From: Laspinema sp. D2d
Lineage (GTDB): Bacteria; Cyanobacteriota; Cyanobacteriia; Cyanobacteriales; Laspinemataceae
Assembly: GCF_025370755.1 (NCBI RefSeq)
Contig: NZ_JAMXFC010000004.1
Location: 81,505 to 145,504 of the forward strand
DNA: 64,000 nucleotides
Direction of reading: 5' to 3'
Below, in pieces: positions 30,256 to 39,114 of this stretch; position 1 is the first letter of the stretch, and each line of letters starts with the position of its first letter. Under the pieces are notes generated by a model, which saw only the letters and a program-made list of their open reading frames with translations, had not been told where the DNA came from and ran no database searches. A program made the translations under genes and the position numbers.

Positions 30256-31146
30256 TTGCGGTCCATACCGAACGGGGTTAAAAAGGGGAGAAAAATGCTT
30301 TTAGAATTAGCGATCGGCGATGCTTACGGGGCGGGATTTGAATATGCCGATGAGATGATTCCCGAAAATACTTTAAGGCAGTATGTCCAACATCCTCGGC
30401 ATCAAATTCGTCCCGGATGTTACACCGATGACACCCAAATGAGTTTGGCGATCGCCGAAACTTTGGTATCTGGAGAACCTTGGACAACCCTGGCAGTCGC
30501 CAATCACTTCGTTACCGCATTTAAACGCGACCCCCGAGAAGGATACTCTCCCAAATTTTATGACTTCTTGCTACAAGTCGAAGATGGAGCCGACTTTTTA
30601 GCTAAAATTAACGTTAGAAGTGATAAAAGTGGTGCCGCCATGCGTGCCGCACCCATTGGGGTATTAGCGACCCCAGAAGCGGTGATTGAAGCAACCACCT
30701 TGCAAGCGGCGATTACTCATAATACCCCCGATGGTATTAATGCTGCTTGTGCCGCAGCATTAATGTCCCATTATTTTATTTATAATCGGGGATCTAAACT
30801 GAATTTGGGTGAATTTATTGACACTTATATTCCCGGTTATCAATGGTCCCAACCCTGGGAAGGACCCGTCAAAACAACCGGATGGATTTGTGTCAAAGCT
30901 GCCTTAACTGCGATCGCCCGCAATCATTCCCTAAGTGGACTGCTACAAGATTGCATTGCCTTTACCGGCGATGTGGATACCGTCGCTGCGATCGCCCTTG
31001 CCGCTGCCTCCAATAGTGCAGAAATCACGCAGGACCTTCCCCAAACCCTCATTGATACTTTAGAAAATCAGACTTACGGAAAAGATTATATCATTGAATT
31101 AGACCCAAAATTAATGAGTTTAAAGGAAACTCACTCTGTAAATTAA
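30256..31146 (+). CDS. ADP-ribosylglycohydrolase family protein (DraG/ARH-like).
   Basis: [16 protein letters not shown]...[15 protein letters not shown], with a C-terminal [14 protein letters not shown] metal-binding pattern. Alternative start at ATG 30295. Confidence 0.8.
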   Translation: MRSIPNGVKKGRKMLLELAIGDAYGAGFEYADEMIPENTLRQYVQHPRHQIRPGCYTDDTQMSLAIAETLVSGEPWTTLAVANHFVTAFKRDPREGYSPKFYDFLLQVEDGADFLAKINVRSDKSGAAMRAAPIGVLATPEAVIEATTLQAAITHNTPDGINAACAAALMSHYFIYNRGSKLNLGEFIDTYIPGYQWSQPWEGPVKTTGWICVKAALTAIARNHSLSGLLQDCIAFTGDVDTVAAIALAAASNSAEITQDLPQTLIDTLENQTYGKDYIIELDPKLMSLKETHSVN

Positions 31147-31177
31147 AGCGACTTATAAAAACAAGGAAGATTCATTC

Positions 31178-32614
31178 ATGTCTGATTTAATTTTATTTTG
31201 GCATCGCCGGGATTTAAGAATAACTGATAATATCGGGTTGGCGACTGCCTTTAAGAAAAGCCGAAAACTCGTGGGAGTATTTTGCCTAGACCCGAATATT
31301 TTAAAAGGTTCAGATATTGCCCCAGCGCGGGTTAAATATATGCTGGGTTGTTTGGCTGAACTCCAGGAAAACTATGCTAAAATAGGGAGTCAACTGTTCA
31401 TTTTGTTTGATGAACCCAGACAGGCGATCGCCCGATTAGCCACTGCCTTAGAAGCACAATTTGTCTATTGGAATTTAGACGTAGAACCGTATTCCCAGGA
31501 CCGAGATCAAGCAGTCCGAGAAGCCCTAAAAAAACAGGGAATTGCAGTGGAAAACTTTTGGGACCAGCTTTTACATTTTCCCGGAGAAATTTGTAGTAAT
31601 ACCGGCAATCCCTACACCATTTATACGCCTTTTTGGAAAAACTGGATTCGCCAAACCAAAGCAGAACCTGTCCCGGGATTAGATACGGCTATATCTCTTA
31701 GCAAAGAAGAACAAGAAAAGGCTAAAAATGCCGGTGCAGTTGCATTACCGACGCTCAAAGATTTAGGATTGAGTTGGGACAATCCGCTGATGCTGGAACC
31801 GGGAGAAAGTGCTGCGCGATCGCAACTGGAAGACTTTAGCGATCGCACCATTTACGACTACGACGAACAACGGAATTTCCCCGCCGTTCCCGGAACTTCT
31901 CTACTAAGTGCCGCCCTCAAATTTGGTGCGATCGGCATTCGCACCGTCTGGAATGCCACCCTAAGCGCCGCTGAAGAATGCCGGAGTGACGAAACCCGCA
32001 AAGGTGTCCAAACCTGGCAACAAGAACTCGCATGGCGCGAATTTTATCAACAGGCACTTTATCACTTTCCTGAACTTGCCACCGGACCTTATCGAGAAGC
32101 TTGGAAAGACTTTCCTTGGGAAAATAACGAAGAACTATTTCAAGCTTGGTGTGAAGGACAAACGGGTTATCCTATCGTTGATGCTGCCATGCGCCAACTC
32201 AATGAAATCGGCTGGATGCATAACCGTTGTCGGATGATTGTTGCTAGTTTTCTCACCAAAGATTTGATTATAAATTGGCAGTGGGGAGAACAATATTTCA
32301 TGCAAAAATTATATGATGGAGACCTTGCGGCTAACAATGGGGGTTGGCAATGGAGTGCTTCCAGTGGCATGGACCCCAAACCCCTGCGAATTTTTAATCC
32401 CACAACTCAAACCCAGAAATTCGACCCCGAGGGAGACTACATTCGCGAGTGGGTACCGGAGTTGCGATCGATGGAAACAGAAGCGTTAATTTCAGGTAAA
32501 ATTCTTCCGTTGGAACGCAAATCCTGTGGATATCCTGAAACCATAGTCAATCACAATGAGCAGCAGCGGCGATTTAAAGCTTTATATCAACAACAAAAAG
32601 CCTTGACAGAGTAA
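31178..32614 (+). CDS. phr: Deoxyribodipyrimidine (CPD) photolyase, class I, Anacystis-type.
   Basis: [83 protein letters not shown]. Near-colinear with the A. nidulans photolyase as I recall it. Confidence 0.9.
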   Translation: MSDLILFWHRRDLRITDNIGLATAFKKSRKLVGVFCLDPNILKGSDIAPARVKYMLGCLAELQENYAKIGSQLFILFDEPRQAIARLATALEAQFVYWNLDVEPYSQDRDQAVREALKKQGIAVENFWDQLLHFPGEICSNTGNPYTIYTPFWKNWIRQTKAEPVPGLDTAISLSKEEQEKAKNAGAVALPTLKDLGLSWDNPLMLEPGESAARSQLEDFSDRTIYDYDEQRNFPAVPGTSLLSAALKFGAIGIRTVWNATLSAAEECRSDETRKGVQTWQQELAWREFYQQALYHFPELATGPYREAWKDFPWENNEELFQAWCEGQTGYPIVDAAMRQLNEIGWMHNRCRMIVASFLTKDLIINWQWGEQYFMQKLYDGDLAANNGGWQWSASSGMDPKPLRIFNPTTQTQKFDPEGDYIREWVPELRSMETEALISGKILPLERKSCGYPETIVNHNEQQRRFKALYQQQKALTE

Positions 32615-32629
32615 AAGTTTAACATCACC

Positions 32630-32669
32630 ACTTCAGTCGTTACTACGAACATAAAAAAACGACTGAAGT
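32630..32669. terminator. Inverted repeat (11-bp stem) between the convergent phr and epimerase genes.
   Basis: acttcagtcgt...acgactgaagt, with an A-rich loop. Confidence 0.4.
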
Positions 32670-32686
32670 CGGGAAACCAAAATCTT

Positions 32687-33637
32687 TTACTGATAAAGGG
32701 ATTGAATCCACTCCCATTCTCGGGTTAATCCCTCTTTGAGAGGGACTTGCGGTTGATATCCGATGAGACGCTGTGCTTTGGAAACATCCGCACTGGTGTG
32801 ACGCGCATCCCCGATCGCAGACTCGACATAGTTGCGCTTAATCGGACGTCCAATTACTTCCTCAATGGTATCAATCACATAAGCTAACGACACCCGAGAA
32901 CCGCCACCAATATTGAACACTTCCCCAGTCGCTTCTTTGGAACTCGCTGAGGCTAAATTGGCCGCAACTGCATCACTAATATAAGTAAAATCTCGGGTTT
33001 GCTGTCCATCCCCATAAATTGGGATAGCTTCATCAACCAATGCCGCTTTTAAAAACTTGTGAAACGCCATATCCGGACGCTGACGAGGACCATAGACGGT
33101 AAAATAACGTAACCCCACCACGGGCACCCCAAAGTTACGGTGATATAACACACATAATTGTTCTGATGCCAGTTTGGTAATCCCATAAGGGGACACAGGT
33201 GCCGGACAAATCGCTTCACTCGTCGGCATGGTTTCCGCATTGCCATATACTGAGGAAGAAGAGGCGAAGACAAAGCGCTGGAGTTGCTTGGCATCCTTCG
33301 CCGCTTCTAGCATCACCTGGGTGGCGTTGAGATTGCGTTCCGTGTAAGCGCGAAACCGATCTCCCCAACTGGCGCGGACCCCAGCTTGTGCCGCTTGATG
33401 ATAGATGAAATCCACATCCGCAAGCAGCGATCGCCACTCTAACGACTGGATATCCGCTTCAATCAGTTGAAAGGCGGGATGGGTTGCAAATGAAGCAATA
33501 TTCTGGCGTTTTAAGCGCGGGTCGTAGTAATCGTTAAATTGGTCAATGCCAATCACCCGTTCCCCGCGATCGAGTAGGACTTCGGCTAAATGAGACCCAA
33601 CAAAACCCCCAACACCAGTCACAATACTTGTCGTCAT
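32687..33637 (-). CDS. NAD-dependent epimerase/dehydratase (extended SDR family, nucleotide-sugar modifying).
   Basis: Rossmann motif VTGVGGFVGSHL, catalytic YxxxK region (SPYGITK), 316 aa. Confidence 0.8.
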   Translation of the reverse strand: MTTSIVTGVGGFVGSHLAEVLLDRGERVIGIDQFNDYYDPRLKRQNIASFATHPAFQLIEADIQSLEWRSLLADVDFIYHQAAQAGVRASWGDRFRAYTERNLNATQVMLEAAKDAKQLQRFVFASSSSVYGNAETMPTSEAICPAPVSPYGITKLASEQLCVLYHRNFGVPVVGLRYFTVYGPRQRPDMAFHKFLKAALVDEAIPIYGDGQQTRDFTYISDAVAANLASASSKEATGEVFNIGGGSRVSLAYVIDTIEEVIGRPIKRNYVESAIGDARHTSADVSKAQRLIGYQPQVPLKEGLTREWEWIQSLYQ

Positions 33638-33754
33638 AAATTCACCATAGGTACAGTTGAAGAGAAATTAATGCAAGTCACCCTAAAGAAGCTATCCCGT
33701 TCTAGCATAAAATCGATCGGGTCACCATTATGGCTGATTTAAAGATAAAGTTAA

Positions 33755-35062
33755 GTGCTAAACGAGGGAAACGTGAAGGTTTTAGTTGTGGGAAATGGGG
33801 GCCGAGAACACGCCCTTGCTTGGAAACTGTTGCAATCTAACACCGTTGAGACTGTGTTTTGTGTGCCAGGAAATGGAGGCACGGCAATTTTAGAAAATTG
33901 CCAAAATTTATCCTTGACAGCGACTGATTTTTATGGTATTAAAGAGGCGGTCAAAACCCATGAAATCGGGTTAGTCGTGATTGGCCCAGAAGTGCCATTA
34001 GCGATGGGAATGGCCGACTACTTACAGCAAGAAAAAATCCCCGTATTTGGTCCTTCTCAATCCGGTGCACAACTAGAAGCGAGCAAATCTTGGGCGAAAG
34101 CATTTATGCAAGATGTGGGAATTCCTACAGCGCGATCGCAAGCCTTTACCGATGAAGAAATCCCCCAGGCATTGGCTTATGTGGAAGAACAGGGTGCGCC
34201 AATTGTAGTCAAAGCCGATGGATTAGCCGCCGGGAAAGGGGTGACGGTGGCAGCAACGGTGGAAGAAGCCAAAGCCGCGATCGCCGAATCTTTTGGGGGC
34301 AAATTTGGCCTCTCCGGTGAATGCGTCGTGATTGAAGAATGCTTAATCGGTCAAGAAGCTTCTGTATTAGCCATTACCGATGGCTTAACCGTGCGCCCCT
34401 TGCTTCCGGCCCAGGATCATAAAGCCGTTGGAGAGGGGGATACAGGGCCGAATACTGGCGGAATGGGAGTCTATGCACCAGCCCCCTTGGTTACCCCGGA
34501 GATGATGGAACGGGTACAGAGGGAGGTCTTGGAACCGGCGATCGCCAGCTTGCGCGATCGCAACATCGACTATCGCGGCGTCCTCTATGCCGGACTGATG
34601 ATTTCCCCGGAAGGTGACATCAAAGTGCTGGAATTTAACTGCCGCTTTGGGGACCCCGAAACCCAGGCGATTTTGCCCCTCTTAGAAACCCCCCTCGATG
34701 AAGTTCTCCTCGCCTGCGTCAACCAAACCTTAGCAGAACTCCCTCCCCTGCGCTGGAAAGATGGAGCCTCCGCCTGTGTGGTGATGGCTGCCGGAGGATA
34801 CCCAGGAGACTATAAAACCGGGGATGTGATTACCGGATTAGAGCAAGCGGAGGCGATCGGCGCAGTCACCTTCCATGCCGGAACCGAACTCCAAAATGGA
34901 CAAGTGCTCACTAAAGGAGGACGAGTTCTCGGCGTTAGCGCCACAGGCACTGACTTTGACGATGCCTTTGCCAAAGCCTATCAAGGCGTAGAACAAATCC
35001 ACTTCAACGGGTCCTACTATCGCCGAGATATCGGCCATCGAGTCCGTTCCCCAATTGCTTAA
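33755..35062 (+). CDS. purD: Phosphoribosylamine--glycine ligase.
   Basis: KVLVVGNGGREHALAWKL, ATP-grasp motifs, 435 aa. The real start may be GTG at about 33773. Confidence 0.9.
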   Translation: MLNEGNVKVLVVGNGGREHALAWKLLQSNTVETVFCVPGNGGTAILENCQNLSLTATDFYGIKEAVKTHEIGLVVIGPEVPLAMGMADYLQQEKIPVFGPSQSGAQLEASKSWAKAFMQDVGIPTARSQAFTDEEIPQALAYVEEQGAPIVVKADGLAAGKGVTVAATVEEAKAAIAESFGGKFGLSGECVVIEECLIGQEASVLAITDGLTVRPLLPAQDHKAVGEGDTGPNTGGMGVYAPAPLVTPEMMERVQREVLEPAIASLRDRNIDYRGVLYAGLMISPEGDIKVLEFNCRFGDPETQAILPLLETPLDEVLLACVNQTLAELPPLRWKDGASACVVMAAGGYPGDYKTGDVITGLEQAEAIGAVTFHAGTELQNGQVLTKGGRVLGVSATGTDFDDAFAKAYQGVEQIHFNGSYYRRDIGHRVRSPIA

Positions 35063-35075
35063 AATTACGCCCTAG

Positions 35076-35128
35076 CATTGCCTTCTTCTACGTGTGTTAA
35101 TGCGGCATAAGTAGAGGGAGGCAATGCC
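35076..35128. terminator. Long imperfect hairpin between the convergent purD and dnaB genes.
   Basis: gcattgccttcttctac...gtagagggaggcaatgc forms a 17-bp stem if two G-U pairs are allowed. Confidence 0.35.
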
Positions 35129-35181
35129 TACTGTTCATGAAAAAGCCTCGGTTGGGGTGAGCTTGCATCGTTTCCATTGGC

Positions 35182-37827
35182 TTAATAATGTTGTTGCGGT
35201 CTTGCTAAATTCTTAAATTTGGTAAACTGCGGGTCAAAGAGCAACTTAATTGTCCCAGTTGGTCCATTCCGATGCTTGGTAATAATCACTTCAGCAATTC
35301 CCCGGTCTGGGGTATCTGGATTATAATACTCTTCACGATACAGCATGACAACAATATCCGAGTCTTGTTCAATGGAATTATGAACGATAATATTGTTGGC
35401 AATGAAATTATGATGACCTGGCACCGTTAAATCAAACACTTCGGTTTCTCCATCGGGTGCGATCGCCACAATTTCATCCCAGTAAACATCGCTATTCGCT
35501 AACCGGGTAATCTCTTCCGATTGAACCGCCCTAGCGAGTTTAGCAGCGCGCTCTCGGCTCACGTTCTTTTTGTAAAGGCTTGTTCCGCAGTGAGCAACTC
35601 CGAGTTGAGCCTGCATCTGCCGTATCGTTTGACCAGAACGCTGCATGGCAGGAACAGCATACATTCTCCAGATCTCATGGGGAATCACATCCCTATTTGT
35701 GTTTCCTGAACGCACTTCGAGATAATTGCTAACTTCTTGGAGAGCGTGCTGTTTGTAGTCGCCAACTGCACCAATTTGAGTGATAAATTTTTCTAAATCT
35801 GGCTTTCCACTTACCCAAACTTGATGCTGTTCCCGTCCTTTTCCCGGTTGAGGACTAACAGATAGTCGAGCGTTGATACCCAGTCGTAGTAAGAGGGCCT
35901 GAACGTTTTGGGAAAGTTTGGGACTACTAGAAGTGTAGTAGACAGCCGGATAAGAATTTTTCACTTTGCTGGTTTTAATACAACCGTCGGTACTCCAGAG
36001 GTGACGCAAGAAAAGGGCGATTTCTTCCTGTGATTGTTCAAACACCATTTTAGGAACATATTTCTCATAAGATCTTAAACCAAACACACCCATCGATTCT
36101 AACCAGATCACCACTGGATTTCTAACCTTATGAGTGAGGTGGTAGCTGGCGGCAAGATAGACCTGATACCAGTCTCGCTCTTTAACAATTCGAGGCTTTA
36201 CGAGGTCCCCAAACACTTCAACCCCTAAAGAAACAACCAGATCAGCTAAGTCTTTCTCTCTTGTCGTGTATTGGATCGCGTGTCTAGGTAGGGTGCATCC
36301 ATCCCCAATTAAATGCCCCAGTAATGCTAACTCAGGATGACGATATGATCGCACCGAGGAACTGGGTAATTGACGGGGTAACGCGAGGCGATCGCCCTTC
36401 TGCAACTCATCCAGTCGCTTCCATCCGTCAATGGCTAAAAACTGATGATTCCCAGTTGCTCTAATTTGCCGTCCTAGGCGAGTCGTGAGTTTAAACACCG
36501 GCTTTACCCCCGTACAGAAGGCATGACTCACCATCGCTCGTTCTAACTGCATTGTAGCTTGATTGAGTCCCCAAACCGCAAAACCCGATTGACCCACTAA
36601 TTCCCGAATCGGCACATCTACCCCACTATCTGCCAAGGTAATCAAACTCTCTCCAGTTAGACAACCCGATTCACGTAAATCGGACATCATTGGACGTTTA
36701 TTGGTTCGCGCTTCTACCCCGCGACTCAACTGGGATAACGTAATAATTGGAACATTTAATTCCCGCGCTAATTGTTTTAATCCTCGGGTAATTCGTGATA
36801 ACTCTTGCACCCGATTATCTGGGCTAGTGCCTTCCATCAACTGCAAATAATCCAACAAAATTAATCCCATTTTCCCCCCCTGTTCCGCTTGCAGTCGCCG
36901 ACATTTGGAGCGAATATCCGTAATCGTAATATTGGGGGTATCATCAATAAACAGGGGTAACTCCGAGAGATTCCCGATCGCAATACTTAAAGCCTCCCAT
37001 TCATTCTGGGCAATCCGTCCCGATCGCAGTCGATTACTCTCAATCCCCGCTTCCCCCGACAACATCCGTTGCACCAGTTGTTCCTTGGACATTTCTAGGC
37101 TAAATACCGCCACGGGTAATTTATGGAATTCGGCAATATTTCGCCCGAGGTTTAATGCAAAACTGGTTTTCCCCATCGCCGGTCTCCCAGCTATAATAAT
37201 TAAATCAGATCGCTGCAATCCTCCGGTCATCGCATCTAAGTCATAAAACCCACAAGTTAACCCCGGTAAAGCTAACCCTTGTTGATGGATTTCAATGTTT
37301 TCAAAGGTGTGAATCAGGGTTTCTGAAATGGAAACCAAACCCTGTTGCGGACGGTCCTGGGTGAGGCTAAAAATGGTTTGTTCGGCTTTATCGAGAAGAG
37401 TGGCTAATTCGGTGGTTGTATCAAATCCTAATTCAGCGACTTGATGTCCCCCTTGAATTAATTTGCGGCGCATATATTTATCCACCACCAGTTCGGCATA
37501 TTGGTCGATATTGACTGCCGAAACCGTGCGTTCTACGAGTTGGGCCAGTTTGCTTTGTCCGCCGACTTGTTCGAGGAGTTTATGGTCAGCTAACCAACTG
37601 GTAACGGTCATTAAATCCGTGGCTTTGCCTTGGAAATGGAGGGCGATCGCAGCTTTGTAAATCTGTTGATGGGCGGTGATAGAAAATCCATCCGGTGGCA
37701 GACGGTCGAGGACTCGGGTGATGGCCTCCGGGTCGAGGAGAATTCCGCCTAGAATACTTTCTTCCGCATCGATGTTTTGCGGGGGGAGGCGATCGCTATA
37801 GCCTTGGAAGTTTAAGGATTCAGCCAC
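35182..37827 (-). CDS. dnaB: Replicative DNA helicase DnaB interrupted by an in-frame 429-aa intein.
   Basis: N-domain and RecA-like core (GRPAMGKTSF Walker A, LILLDYLQLM, SQLSRG), then the intein, then C-extein SIEQDSDIVVMLYREEYY. Extein total is 452 aa. Confidence 0.95.
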   Translation of the reverse strand: MAESLNFQGYSDRLPPQNIDAEESILGGILLDPEAITRVLDRLPPDGFSITAHQQIYKAAIALHFQGKATDLMTVTSWLADHKLLEQVGGQSKLAQLVERTVSAVNIDQYAELVVDKYMRRKLIQGGHQVAELGFDTTTELATLLDKAEQTIFSLTQDRPQQGLVSISETLIHTFENIEIHQQGLALPGLTCGFYDLDAMTGGLQRSDLIIIAGRPAMGKTSFALNLGRNIAEFHKLPVAVFSLEMSKEQLVQRMLSGEAGIESNRLRSGRIAQNEWEALSIAIGNLSELPLFIDDTPNITITDIRSKCRRLQAEQGGKMGLILLDYLQLMEGTSPDNRVQELSRITRGLKQLARELNVPIITLSQLSRGVEARTNKRPMMSDLRESGCLTGESLITLADSGVDVPIRELVGQSGFAVWGLNQATMQLERAMVSHAFCTGVKPVFKLTTRLGRQIRATGNHQFLAIDGWKRLDELQKGDRLALPRQLPSSSVRSYRHPELALLGHLIGDGCTLPRHAIQYTTREKDLADLVVSLGVEVFGDLVKPRIVKERDWYQVYLAASYHLTHKVRNPVVIWLESMGVFGLRSYEKYVPKMVFEQSQEEIALFLRHLWSTDGCIKTSKVKNSYPAVYYTSSSPKLSQNVQALLLRLGINARLSVSPQPGKGREQHQVWVSGKPDLEKFITQIGAVGDYKQHALQEVSNYLEVRSGNTNRDVIPHEIWRMYAVPAMQRSGQTIRQMQAQLGVAHCGTSLYKKNVSRERAAKLARAVQSEEITRLANSDVYWDEIVAIAPDGETEVFDLTVPGHHNFIANNIIVHNSIEQDSDIVVMLYREEYYNPDTPDRGIAEVIITKHRNGPTGTIKLLFDPQFTKFKNLARPQQHY
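35377..36663 (-). mobile_element. DnaB intein of the Ssp DnaB type with a LAGLIDADG homing endonuclease, inserted between ...RESG and SIEQD...
   Basis: Starts with Cys (CLTGESLITLA) and ends VHN before Ser+1. TGNHQF (TxxH block B). LAGLIDADG-like blocks LALLGHLIGDGC and LFLRHLWSTDGC. The 429-aa length and insertion site match the Synechocystis DnaB intein. Confidence 0.9.
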
Positions 37828-37859
37828 GATTTGTACTCAGCTTTCATCTGGATGCACCG

Positions 37860-37904
37860 GACGCGATTTATTTGGGTTAAAAATAAATCGCGTCTTTTCT
37901 ATTG
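37860..37904 (+). terminator. Strong hairpin (13-bp stem) plus T-tract in the rplI-dnaB intergenic region. The T-tract is on the plus strand, antisense to both genes.
   Basis: gacgcgatttatt-gggttaaaa-aataaatcgcgtc followed by ttttct. Confidence 0.4.
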
Positions 37905-37970
37905 TACAAATCTCGGGACCATTTTGACCCAGGCATGACAGAATTTCCGCCTGGGAAAGTCGCCGATTTT

Positions 37971-38429
37971 TTAGCCCGCAACCACTTGAATTTCGACTTC
38001 AGCGGTAACCTCGGGGTGTAACTTGATTTGTGCTTTATAGAACCCAGTCTTGCTAATAGCAGGCAGGGTAATCCCACGGCGATCGATTTCTTCGTTGGTA
38101 GCTGCTTGGATGACTTCCGCCACTTCGCGATCGGTAACGGTCCCGAAAATCGCATCCCCTTCCCCAACAGATTTGGCGATGGTAAAACGTCCAATGGTTT
38201 CCAGGGCCGTTTTGCGGGATTGTGCCTGTTGCTTCTCTTCCAGCAGACGTTGGCGTTCTAATTCTCTGCGGCGTTCCACTTGACGGAGAATACCCGGGGT
38301 GGTACGAACGGCAAAGCCTTGGGGTAGCAGGTAGTTCCGGGCATAACCGGGGGCCACTTCTACGAGGTCGCCGGATCTACCCAGCTTTTTAACATCTTGA
38401 CTTAGTACGACTTGGACTCGTTTGCTCAT
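37971..38429 (-). CDS. rplI: 50S ribosomal protein L9.
   Basis: [36 protein letters not shown]..., 152 aa, immediately upstream of dnaB as in most bacteria. Confidence 0.95.
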   Translation of the reverse strand: MSKRVQVVLSQDVKKLGRSGDLVEVAPGYARNYLLPQGFAVRTTPGILRQVERRRELERQRLLEEKQQAQSRKTALETIGRFTIAKSVGEGDAIFGTVTDREVAEVIQAATNEEIDRRGITLPAISKTGFYKAQIKLHPEVTAEVEIQVVAG

Positions 38430-39114
38430 AATGGTTCCTGTTCAGTCAGAACTCTCTATTTTACGCTTCCCGGGGACAGATGGCAATAGGGAGGGGGTGT
38501 GATTTGGGCAGGTTAACCACTGATTTAACTAATTTTCACGGAGGGGATTTTTAGGGATGGGCAACTTCTGGCGGTTAGGGGGTTTACCTTTACCGCAACT
38601 CGATGGGTCTCTACCCCTGGGGTGGAAAGACGCTATCTACCCTGAGTAAAACCCATTGAGTAGGTTTGGATGGGGCAATTTTTAGGGGGGATATAATTTT
38701 ATATATACAATCCTGATGATAGGGGGTTATTTCAGCCGGATCGGATCAAAATTGTTGGTCCTGAGTCGGTTTATGGAGGAAATGAGTCATTAAAAACTTA
38801 ACCCATTTGGCGATCAGTTAGGTTGCGTGATTTAGTTTTTTGAGTTTTACAGTTGGGCGCGATCGCCTTTTGTAACCCCACCCTATCCGTAATTGGCCTA
38901 ACCCTTACCTTACAAAAGCAAAGAAGAAACTCAGCAACCCGGTAAAAATAAACGGATGGGACTGATCGCCCCAAAAGGCCCGCCTCATCAGGTCGGAACA
39001 TCCAGAGTCGCTCATTTATAGTTTAAAACACTTAAATCTGAGATTTGATACCGTGAAAAGACACAGGCCGATCGCTTATCGTGATCCTAACTGATCTAAA
39101 TTTGCACTGTTCAC

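Noticed and set aside
37860-37904. Hairpin considered as the rplI terminator.
   Set aside because: The U-tract is on the wrong strand for a minus-strand transcript, so it was reported instead as an antisense-oriented structure.
38798-39001. ORF 38798..39001 on the minus strand (67 aa) in the rplI / kinase divergent region.
   Set aside because: It has no ribosome-binding site or motif and is probably promoter DNA. It was kept only as part of the uncharacterised 685-bp divergent region.
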